Assembly (NCBI GenBank): GCA_016748015.1
Contig: JAAOMT010000302.1
Location: forward strand, 248,001 to 312,000
Direction of reading: 5' to 3'
DNA: 64,000 nt
DNA from: Geosiphon pyriformis uo1
Taxonomy: Eukaryota; Fungi; Glomeromycota
In this document: positions 14,365 to 25,899 of the stretch, one piece after another
Layout of the letters: each line of letters opens with the position of its first letter
How positions within the stretch are numbered: position 1 is the first letter of the stretch
Notes under the pieces: generated by a model
Database searches by the model: none
Seen by the model: only the letters and a program-made list of their open reading frames with translations
Told to the model about the DNA's origin: nothing
Position numbers and translations under genes: made by a program

Positions 14365-15481
14365 GGTTTTTGACTCAAAAAAATTATCACAAAATGTATA
14401 ACACTGAATCTCAAAGTATATAGACAATAATGCTAAATATAGCCTTTTTTAATCAAGCAGATTGTAGTTTCAAAAAGTTAACTTTCAAGATTAAAAATAA
14501 AAAATAGTTAAATATATTTTGATTGGCATTTTTAAAGTTAATATATTTATTGACATTTGGTTTTAAAGTTGTATTTTACATTATATTAATTATTATACTT
14601 ATTTTTAATTTTATTAATTAAATTTTATTGTTTAATTAATTATAAAAACATATTAATTATATTGTTATAGTGTATAGTAGACTAATAGGAACAAAATATA
14701 AAACAAAATATAATTCCAAATACTTAATTCTATTTTGTATAAAATATAAAAAAGTATAAAAAAATTATCTTTTTCTTATTGATTTTTTGACCATAATAAA
14801 AGCCAAAAAAAAATTATTACTTTTTTTTTATTTTGTTTTTTTTTTATATTATTTTTTTTAATGTATTCTTATTTATAAAAATAGACCAGACAATTTTTTT
14901 ACTGGTGTTTTAAACAGTAAAAAGATTAAAGTAAAAACTTGTTTTAGCATTAAAAAAAAGTAAAATATATATGTATATATATTAAATAATTTAAATAAAA
15001 AAACCAAAAAACTTGTAATTAAAGTTAGCAATATTAATTTATTTAAAAAATTATTGGTTGTAATTAATTTTAGGTTTAAAATTGATTTGGCTCTTAAGTT
15101 TAAAACAATAAAATAGAAAATAAAACAAATAATATTAGTGATTTATTAAATATTAAGAATTTTAAAAATATAGTAATAAAAAAAAATTTTTTTATTAAGT
15201 TTAATATTATAAATAATCAAAAAACTATGAATAAAATAACCTTAAAAAAATTTTTTAAACAATTTTTTTTTAAAATTTTAAGTAATAATAAATTGTTTTT
15301 TAAATTATTACTATTAAAAAACTTTTTTAGCAAATAAATAGTTTTGAAAATAGTCTTATTTTTCAAAATTTTCAAATATTATTAAGTTAATATTTACTTT
15401 TAATTAAAGCTTAAATAAAACAAAAAATTAATAAAAATTAAGCAGATTATAATAAATAGTAATTTAAAAAAAGTAAATATA

Positions 15482-16821
15482 CAGTGAACTTTTTTTATAA
15501 TCACATTTTTTGGTCAGCATATTTGTGATAACTATAGAGAGATGGAACTATAAAAAATGATTAATATTTGTTAATAAAATCACAACTATTATCTATTATT
15601 AACTCTTTAATACTTTTTTTAAGTAATCATGTTTTTAAAGCTTATCAAGTTAATTATGTAACAGCTTAATAAATATTCTTCAAGAAGTTAGAAATATATT
15701 GTATTGTGTACAGTTTTGTTTATATTGGGTTGGGTACATTACCATTTATAATTAGCATTTTTAAAACATGATATGTTGAGTCTAAGTCTGAATTTTCATT
15801 CTGCATAATTATGTTTGGATTATGAAAAGCATTCAACATGGATTTATTTGCCCCAAAAAAGTTGATTTTTAATACATCTTTAAAACTATCAGTCAAACTT
15901 TTACTTGTTAATACTAAATATTGGTTGAATGATGAATATGATTATTAGTATAGAGCTCTTTTTTAATCACAAATGCCAAAGTTGGTATGAAAATGTATTT
16001 ATTAGGTATATATCAAAATTTTCATGCTCTGAGTTTTATTATTGGTCACATTTTTTTTCCTAAGAAAAGATAAATTCAAACTTTGTTCCCAGTTGATTTG
16101 TTCAAGCAATGTCCCATTAACAAACTTGTTCTCAGAAAATTCCATTGGGCCATTATTCTCACTTGTAGGTTTGTTAATTTCTTCTTTCAATACAGAGAAA
16201 AAGTAATTTTGTTAGCCAAAATTTAATCCAGAGTAACTTCATCAATATCTGCAGCAATAGTCTTTAAAGCACTACTAGCCTCTAAAGCACCACCAGTCTC
16301 CAAAGCACCAAGAGCAGCAATACTGTACCATATGTTAACTATTATTAAAACTTTTATAATATTCACAAATAACAAGCCAGATATAATAATTCTATCATTG
16401 TCTTCTGATGGCAATAACAGCTTATAAAGAAGAAGAGTAATTAAATGTTGTAATATTTCAGAAATTTTGTTTAGTGTTCTACAATTGTTTCCAGAAACTT
16501 CTCTAATTTTTTTTACTATCATAAAAAGAATAATTTCTATTGATAAATTGGGAAATTTCCCTGACTGTACATGTCTAATTAAATATAAGATAATATCTAA
16601 TGTTTATATCTAATATCATATAATTATAGTGTAACTATAGAAAGTGAAAATTACTTATATTTTGCTATCATATTTGTGAGAATAGGGACTATAAAAAAAT
16701 ATATATAGTAAAAGTGACTATAAAGAGATAATATTATATATAAATGGTTTTGGTTTTTAAAAAAATATGATTATAAAAAAATAATGACTATAATCAAAAA
16801 GACTATAGAGAAAGTTCACTG
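15482..16821. mobile_element. Non-autonomous Tc1/mariner (pogo/Tigger-like) DNA transposon
   Basis: TIR CAGTGAACTTTTTTTATAATC versus reverse complement CAGTGAACTTTCTCTATAGTC (18/21), flanked by TA on both sides, with subterminal (G/A)ACTATA(G/A)A repeats. No intact transposase. Confidence 0.8.
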
Positions 16822-17759
16822 TATATTTAAATTAAAAAATAATTATTAAAAATTTTTTTTTAATGTTTTTAAATCTGTATTTTCTATTGTGTTTTTTAAA
16901 TTTAGTAAAATTATTTCTATTAAGATACAATTTATTGATTTGTAACAAAAAATATAATAAAATTTAAAAGCAATATTGTTGTTAAATTAGTAATAAATTA
17001 ATATTTATAAATTTAATATATATAATTAGAATTAATATAGACAAATAAACATAAGTATTTAAAAATTAATTTTAAACACTATTTTACACTTTTTTAATAA
17101 ATACTATAACTTATAATTTTTTTAATTTTTTATTATTATATAATAAAAAAACATGTATAATTAAATATAATTTATTTTTTATGTTTATATTTATTATATA
17201 GTAATTTGCTTTAAGTTTAAAAAAGCTAAAAATATTATTATTTGTTTGATTTCAATTTTTAAAAATATTAATTTATGCTAAATAAATTTGTTTAAACAAA
17301 TATATACAGTATTATTAGTGATTTTTATTATCATATAAGAACATTTTTTAACTTAATTGATAATATATATTACTATAATTATAATTATTAAATATAGTAT
17401 ATTATAAATATATAAACTATTTTAGTAATTAAGAAAACAAAAAAGATGCATTGTAAAGTCATTAAAAAAAATTGTGAAAGCAAAACATAATTAAAATAGT
17501 TTTTAATTAAACTTTTAATTATTGAGATTATTTTTTAAACAATATAATATTTTATTAGTTTAATTAATGTTTAATAACTTGTTTAATAAAACAAAACATA
17601 TTATAAAATAGTAATAATACATAATTTAAAGAACAAAAATAATAATAACTTGAAATAATAATAATAAATATATGAAAGATCAAAAATAACATGATTTCAA
17701 ATAATAATAAAAAATATAAAAAACATACTAAAAATTGTAATAATAAGTATTTAAAGCAT

Positions 17760-18617
17760 TGTTACGGTTTAAGAATTTAGCAAAAAGAATCATAAAAATA
17801 ATACAAACTATTCAATCATAATATAACACAGTAATAATCTTAGAAAGGTAATAATTAACATAGTAGCAAACACCATCTCGTAATAGTGGCAAGCACCAGT
17901 TCACAATAGCAGCCAACACCAACTGGTAATAGCAGCAAACACCAAGTTGAAATATCAAAAAAAAAGTATTTTCTCGTAAAACTACAAACATGTATATATA
18001 CAGTAGTTTTAATATTGGGAAATAATCAATCAAGTAATAAAAATCATAACTTATCAAGCAACAGATCCAATTTTATCCAACAAACTCCACTTTAAATCAT
18101 ACTTTCAAATTAAATATCCTAAGAAACCTTTAAAAATCAAAAAGAAATGAAAAAAAATATTTAAAACGGAACTATCACAACCCAAAGTATTAAGAAACTT
18201 ACTTATTGAATGAAACTATCATTCATCAACTGAATCCCTTGGAAGAATAATCCTTGATCAAGATTATTCACATTGTTATTAATTGATAAAAGCTTTATTG
18301 TGAGAATTAGAAAAGTGCTAAAGACCATTAACATTCTGTGTTTCTAGATTAGAGAAACACATCAGACAATTGCAAGGATAGCCTCAGAGAAGACCCCAGA
18401 CAGTGGGTAGATTTCAGTTCAGCCTCTGAGAAGGAGTACATAAACACACACAACAATCAAGAATTAAAGAATAACTTACATCGCAACAGTAAAAAGAAAG
18501 CCTTCAGTGTAACAGTGACATTATCACACAAATAGAATTAAGGAACTCACGAAAGACTGATTGCAATTAAAGCAGGATATCAGCAATTAAATATAACAAG
18601 AAAACTATCCCGTAATA
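17760..18617 (+). repeat. 5' LTR of element A
   Basis: Matches 26582-26698 and 27725-28163. Confidence 0.93.
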
Positions 18618-18619
18618 TT

Positions 18620-18635
18620 TGGTGAACTCTACGAG
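18620..18635 (+). promoter_or_regulatory. tRNA primer-binding site of A (TGGTGAACTCTACGAG)
   Basis: TGG 2 nt after the LTR end; primer tRNA not identified. Confidence 0.75.
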
Positions 18636-18699
18636 AAAAGAAAATCAAAAAGGAAATAATAATTAGCAATAATTCATTGCTAAAAAGAAAAAGACAAAA

Positions 18700-21600
18700 G
18701 TGGCGACAAAAACTCCTAATCTTACTGTTCTTGAATTCTGCTGTGCTATTTACACACAAAATCAAAGTGATCTTGGATTATCAGAAGGGTGTTGTCCAGC
18801 AGAATCTGCTCTCACTTATTATATCAACGCCAGAATAAATTATCATATAGGAAAGGAAGAAGAACCACACGATGCAAAACTTGGATTGTATAGAGAATTA
18901 TCACAATACACTACAAAAGAAGTAGCAGTAATAGCCGCAATTATTGTCAAAATCCATCGAGAAATTGAGCAATACGCCAATAAAAATTTTCCAATATCTA
19001 CAGGAAACACTAGGGAACATGCCAACAAAACCAAAGAAAATTTAGAAACTAATCAGAAAAGTAACCAGCAAAAACTAGGAACACCAGCTCAAACGCCAAA
19101 GAAAACTGTCACTCAATCAATAAAGAAACAACGTATTTATTCACCAGAAGATAAATCATACCATTTTTCACTAGAAAATAAGATACAAATTCTATTAGGA
19201 GCTGTATCAACATCAATATCAACTCCACAAACGCCAAAAACTCCTAGTTATACTGATAAAATTAAACAACATAACTGGGAAGACATACCAATTACAGGAG
19301 GATATTCATTACTATTTCAAAACCCTCTTTTTCAGCCAAAATTTAGAATGGGGTTTGAAAACCATGAAAAGGAGTCTGAATCGGAATCTGAAAAAGAGAC
19401 CAGCGAAAAAACAATCACAAGACCAGTTACTGAAACAAGCAGCCAGTCCAAAAACCAAGAAACTTGTGATCAAGAGGAAGAACTGGATATAAGGGAAGCC
19501 ACCTTTAGGAACGCTCAAGAAAATATCATCCCACCTTCTCTTAGACCAATAAACCCACCAGCAGAAAACGGCAACAAAATGACCACACCATACATTGCAA
19601 GACTAACAGATTTCTCAGAAGAGAAAGAAAAAACGGACATGCACACATGGCTCAGAGAAGCACAAAAAGCCATCCAGACAAATAACTGGAATGACCAAAG
19701 AGCAATTCAAACATTATCTTTCTTCCTGAAAGGCACAGCCAACTCGTGGTATCAAAGTCTGGAAACAAAACCCACAAGCTTCGCCGAATTTAAAAATGCA
19801 CTCCTGGAGTATTTTAACAACCCAAACGCCATAATCCAACTACAGAACAAATTCAATACTATCAAGCAAAATACCAGTGAAACTGTCACCCAATACCTTG
19901 CTCGATTCAATCAAATTTGCCATCAGATTGAAGCGATTGAACAAGGATACTACACTGATTCTCAGGTTTTAAATCAGTTTATTAGAGGATTAAAAAGCAG
20001 CATTTTAGGAAGAGTACGCTCTGCCCACCCTAATTTCTTACCAGAAGCCATTACGCTTGCCAGAGCCCTTGAATCGGCTAAGAAAGAAGCTAACCATAGT
20101 CAAATGGTTAACATGGTAATGGAGGAAAATAAGACAGAAACATTAGAGAAAAGAGTAACGCGATTAGGGGAGGAACTCTCTAAGAAAATAAAAAGTTACC
20201 TCACCCCGGATCTGAGAAAAAATACATACCAACCACCCCAAAGACACAGCCAGGAAGTCAGCGACAGTCGAAATAATCGCTCGTCGTGCTAGGAATTCAG
20301 AACAGAAATGCGCGCCTGCCATTTTTGCAAATGCGTAGGACATTTGATTAGTCAATGTCAAATGCGAATAATGCAGGAAGCACGTGAAAATAATTACTAT
20401 GTGTCACCCCAAATGCCCAGAAACCAGTACATGCCAATACCACGCCAATATCCCACCACATATCAAAATCAAGGAGCTTACCAGCAACAGCCCATGATAG
20501 CCAATCCAAATTGGCATCCCAAGGCCCAAAATCAGCCCATGTGAAACCAAAACGCATTGGTCCAGAGGAATCCAAACTGCACCGGAACCAATCAGCAAAC
20601 CAATCCAAACTACCAAAATTATCAACAAACTTACCTTAATATACTGGAAAACCTGATCATCGGAAACAATGATGGTAGAAACATAAACAGAACCAAGAAT
20701 TTCTCCAAATTGAGCCAGACAATACCACCAGCAGTTGCTACCGAAGATAGCAGCCTCGCAGCTATTTTTCCTTTTGAATTAGAGGAAAACAAGGCTATGT
20801 TCAGTGGAGCAGCATTGGACGAAAAACGCCCAATCACTGCTATGTATACGGAAGCCACTGTAAACAATACCCCAATCAAACTTATCTTAGACAGCGGATC
20901 CACTGGAAGCATCATAACGCTTCAACTAGTAAACCAACTGGGTTTCAAAGTTGATCGTGCCACAATGTCTCAAATCATAACAGCCAATAGAAGTACAAAG
21001 CTGCTTCATGGCGAAATTGACTCATTCCCTTTCGAAATTAACGGCATAGTAATACCTACAAAAGTATTAGTAATGGACACTACACAATATCAAGCATTAG
21101 TAGGGAATGACTGGCTAACAAAAGCCAACACCACCTTAGACTAGACCACCTAAGAGCTTCTGATCAATTATAATAGCCACCAGGCCAAAATTCCAGCCAC
21201 CTGTGGCCACTTCCAAAAACCCAGCACCAACCAAAGACCTACCTTCGAATTTGAGGAAAATCCAGCACTACCAGCCATCGAAACCTATCAGCTCTCTTGG
21301 GCTGATGACTAAAGAACAGGACTACCAGCCGTATCAACGTGGACCAGTGAAGAAAAATCCGAATGGAACTAGGTAAGTTCATGAAAAAATCACCAGCGAT
21401 GCAGACCAAAGCTAGAATGCTCAGTTTGCAAGAAGAAACTCTCGTCTATGACTGCATACAGCACACCAGATGAAGATCCAAGAAACTCCACCCACTACTA
21501 TTGTAACCGTTGTAACAAAGAAAAATATGGTTATCCAGAAAGACACGGAAAATGGGACGAGGAACCGTGCCTTGCTTGTGGAGAACCGTTACCAAGAGAG

Positions 21601-24408
21601 TACGACTAGAACGACTTACCAAACAGAGGAGGAATGTGTGACACAACTTGCCAATACACGATCCTCATCTATAACTGGGTAAGAGGAGGAACGCCGTTCG
21701 AAGCAGTGTTCAACAGAGCATTAAAAAGACTATAGCACTACCCACACGATGAGGACGAGTTGTACAACACCACACAAGCCAAAGTAAGAGGAGAAACCAC
21801 TAAAGAAATACGATGTTGGAAAGAGTTAGCCAAAGTAGCTGACAAAGTCGCCAGCTACAACATGTTCGACTCAGTGGACGAATTCCAGGACTACTACCAA
21901 CAACTATGCCCCACTCGACAAGAGCAAGAACAATACCTCGCCCAAATCAACACTTACCTCTGCGAAAACTGTCTCATTCCATGCCAAAATCAGTGCTGTG
22001 AAAAGTGTCAAGACGAAAGGGACTTAGAAAAAAAAATGAAAATTGAGAATCAGCAGTCTCAAAATCAATCAATAAATCAACAAGACTCACCTGACAGTCC
22101 TGAGTCAGAAAAATTTGTAGCCTATACCAACCTAGAACAGATAACCAACATCCGATACTTTGACAACGGGCACTTAGGAATAATACCCGAAAGAGCTCAT
22201 CCAACTGATGCCGAATTCGATCTACATTATCCGGAAGACCAATCCACAATGTTACCACCTAGGAGCATCACCAAAATCAACCTAAAAATAGCAGTTGAAA
22301 TTCTGCCAGGAATAATAGTTCAAATGGTGTCACGATCAAGCTTCGTGAAAAAAGGAATAAGTGTTCAAGAAGGAGTAATTGACTCCAAATACACTGGAAA
22401 TTTGATGGTTTTGCTACAGAACAATTCAGAAAAGCCTTATACTATTGAATCTAAGAAAAAGATTACACAAGCAATTTTCCTACCATTGGTAAAAATTGGG
22501 AAATTCGTGCCAGTGGAAAATCATGAGGAATTGTCACAAACAACGAGAGGAACTTTTGGTTTTGAATCAACAGGAAAAGGAATTGAAGCGAATTTTGCTG
22601 AAACAATAGAGAAAAAAGGCAAAGTAATTAAAAATGAGCAGTCCATCACGCTCCTACCATATGGAAAATCAGAAATAAAAATAAAAAGAACAATTAAAGA
22701 AAAAGACCTAATATTTGAGCCCTATTCAGAAACTTGCCAACAGTTTCTCATAGGACTTACTAACCTTTTTATTCCAGCTGATAAAGCTCAATAGATAAAA
22801 ATTTCTATCGCAAACACCACAGAAGAACCCGTCTACATTCCGAAAGATACCATCATTGGATACCTTGGAACAGAGCTAGAAAACGCATCAACACCACAAG
22901 AAATTCTAAATTTCCCAGAAATTGCCCTCTACTGTGAACTCACTTCAATAAATTGGCAACAACCATTAGAATGCTATCAATTTACACCAGAAGAATTGGC
23001 CAAATTAAACATTGGAACAATGGATCCTGACCAACAGCGACAATTAAAAGCATTAATTTTAAAATACTTTGATATATTTTCAAGAAATGGCGAATTTGGA
23101 AGAACCAACTTGGTTTAACACCAAATTCCCACTGGAAACGCCAAATCTGAAAAACAACACACTTATCATGTCCCACTAATAGAGCATAATTTTATCAGAG
23201 AAGAAGTCCAAAGCATGTTAGAAAAAGAAATAATACAATCATCAATGAGCCTATGGTTCTCACCAATTGTTTTAGTAAGGAAAAAGAATGGAAAAATTAG
23301 ATTTTGCATCAACTATCGCAAACTAAACAGCAAAACAACTAAAGACTCATACCCAATACCATTAATTGACGAAATCTTCGACGTTTTTGGAGGAGCAAAA
23401 TGGTTTTCTACACTGGACTTGACCAGTGGGTACTGGCAAGTGGAAATGGACCCAAAGGACAAGCATAAAACAGCATTCACAACACAAAATGACAATTATG
23501 AGTTCAATGTAATGCTATTTGGATTAACAAACGCTCCTGTGACATTCCAAAGACTAATGGACATAATTTACTCCGGAATCTTGTGGCAATCCGTTGTTGT
23601 CTACTTGGATGATACAAATGTTTTCTCATCAAAATTCATGGATCATCTCCAACATTTACAACAAGTTTTTGAGAGATTGAGACATGCTGGACTTAAACTA
23701 AATCTAGAAAAATGTTTCTTTGGGAAAAATGAGCTAGCATTTTTAGGACATGTAGTTGGAAAAGATGGAATAAAACCAGATTCATCAAAAATAGACAAAG
23801 TGAAAAATTTTCCAGTACCTCGAAACATTTCAGAAGTTAGAAGCTTTTTAGGACTCACATCTTATTACTGTCACTTTGTAGAAAACTTTTCAAACATCGC
23901 CAAACTCCTTAATTACTTACTATCTAAAAATGTGAAGTTTGAATGGACTAAAGCACAGCAAAAAGCTTTTGAGTACCTTAGACAAAAGCTCATTGAATCA
24001 CCAATAATAATCTATCCGAATTTCAACAAGAAATTCAGTTTGGTCACAGATGTCTCTGGAACTGGACTTGGAGCTATTCTGTCACAAAAAGATGATAATG
24101 GAAGAGAATGTGTAATCGCTTATGCCAGCAGAAGTCTCAGTACAGCAGAACAAAACTACGCAGCACATGAACTTGAATGCTTAGCAGTAGTCTGGAGTTG
24201 TGTTTACTTTGACACATATTTACGGTACCAACCCTTTGAGATTACGACAGATCATAGAGGTCTGGTCTGGTTAAATAACAAGAAAGCGCTAAAAGGAAAA
24301 TACGCCAGATGGTCACAAACATTAGCACCATACAATTATATTATCAAATATAAAGAAGATACCAAAAATGCTAATGCTGACTGTTTGTCAAGAATGAGAC
24401 ACACATAA
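18700..24408 (+). pseudogene. Element A gag-pol (N-terminal extension, capsid, CCHC knuckle, aspartic protease, Cys-rich domain, dUTPase, RT, RNase H); one frame, in-frame stops only
   Basis: ORF pieces 18700, 20308, 20557, 21760 and 23215 are all in the same frame. Motifs: CHFCKCVGHLISQC, LILDSGS, AHPTDAEFDL/SRSS/GVIDSKYTG/RGTFGFESTG, YLDD, TDVSG...YASRSL...ELECLA...NADCLSR. Confidence 0.92.
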
Positions 24409-24437
24409 AAATCACCAACCCACCCGCCACAACAACA

Positions 24438-25815
24438 ATGAACAACTACCTTTACAAAAACCTCAGCCAATACTTGGAAACACTACAAATAGATGAAAAA
24501 ATGTCAGTAAAAGAGCTAATTAAGCTCCAAAAATTAGCAAAACACTATTTCATCCAAAATTACATACTTTATTACCAGAATTGACAAAATCCAGATAATC
24601 TATTAAGAGTTATAATCACAAATGAAAAAGAAACTATCTTATTTAACATGCACTCAGATATTTATTCAGGCCACTTTGGAAAAACAGCAACTATCCAACG
24701 TGCAACTAGCTGTTACTATTGGCCAAAAATGAGTTCAGACATAATCCAATACATAAGAAATTGTGACCCATACCAACAAAGAGGAGGAGCAAAAACAATG
24801 GAATTATTAAGACCAATAAAAGTTGAACAGCCATTTGACAGAATCGGAATTGATTTAGTTGGACCCTTACCAATAACAACAAAAAACAACTGTTATATTG
24901 CAGTAGCCATGGACTATCTCACCAAATGGCCAGAAGCTAGAGCTATTAAAACAGCTGATGCTATTTCTGTAGCTCAATTTGTACATGAAGACTTAATTTG
25001 CTGACATGGATGTCCACAAGAATTGCTATCAGATCAAGGCACACACTTCATAAACAGCACCTTAAAAGAACTTAGCCAAAAATTTAGAATCAAGTGACCA
25101 CTGTTATCACCATACCACTCTCAAACAAATGGATTAGTTGAAAGATTTAATCACACATTATGCAAATCACTGGCGAAAATTAGTAATGAACATGAAAAAG
25201 AATGAGATTTGTTCATACCAGTAGTACTACTAGCATATAGAACAGTAAAACAAGATACTACACAATTTACACCATTTGAACTAGTTTATGGAAGAAAAGC
25301 CACATTACCAGTTGAACTTACTATCCCAACTTATCCAAGTGACACTATTACAGAAGCAACATTCCAGGAAACACTACTTAGAAGAACATATGAATTAATA
25401 GGAACTTTAGAAAACAAAAAAAGAAAAGCAGCACAAAATATTGAACAATCACAAGAACAACAAAAAGTGAGACATGATAACCAGTTACCAGATAATAATT
25501 AGCTACAAAATTGGAGATAAAGTATTGTTGCATCGTACAAAAATAGAAAAACAGTGGAGTGAAAAATTTGATCACAAGTGGGATGGACCATTTTATATTC
25601 ACGAAATACTTAGAAATAGAGCATACAAGCTAAGACTAGATGATAAAATATTAAGAAAAGCAGCACATGGTAACCAGCTGAAATTCTATTACAGTAAACC
25701 AGTAATAACAACAAAAACACCCAGAATTGGAACACAATTACCTTTAATTCTACCAGAACAAATTCCACGAGATTTAGAACCAATAGTTTTAATTGAACAT
25801 TATTCAAAAAGATAA
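24438..25815 (+). pseudogene. Element A integrase (separate ORF; HHCC, DDE core, GPF motif)
   Basis: MHSD...GHFG...CDPYQ, IGIDLVGP, SDQGTHF, NGLVERFN, WDGPF; nonsense changes and a frameshift near 25500. Confidence 0.92.
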
Positions 25816-25899
25816 TTAATCTTAGATCACAGCAAAAATGATTTAACAACCATAAAAATGCATGCAAAAGATTCCAAAATAACAGTCAAAATTAAAACA

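Noticed and set aside
14365-14427. TTG-started N-terminal extension of the ASCC2 ORF in the track
   Set aside because: Eukaryotic gene; the first ATG at 14364 (ACCATGA context) is the likely start
18620-18635. Assigning specific primer tRNAs to the PBSs (TGGTGAACTC vs TGGTGCTCTC)
   Set aside because: Needs the host tRNA set (tRNAscan-SE and a 3'-end match); cannot be named from this window
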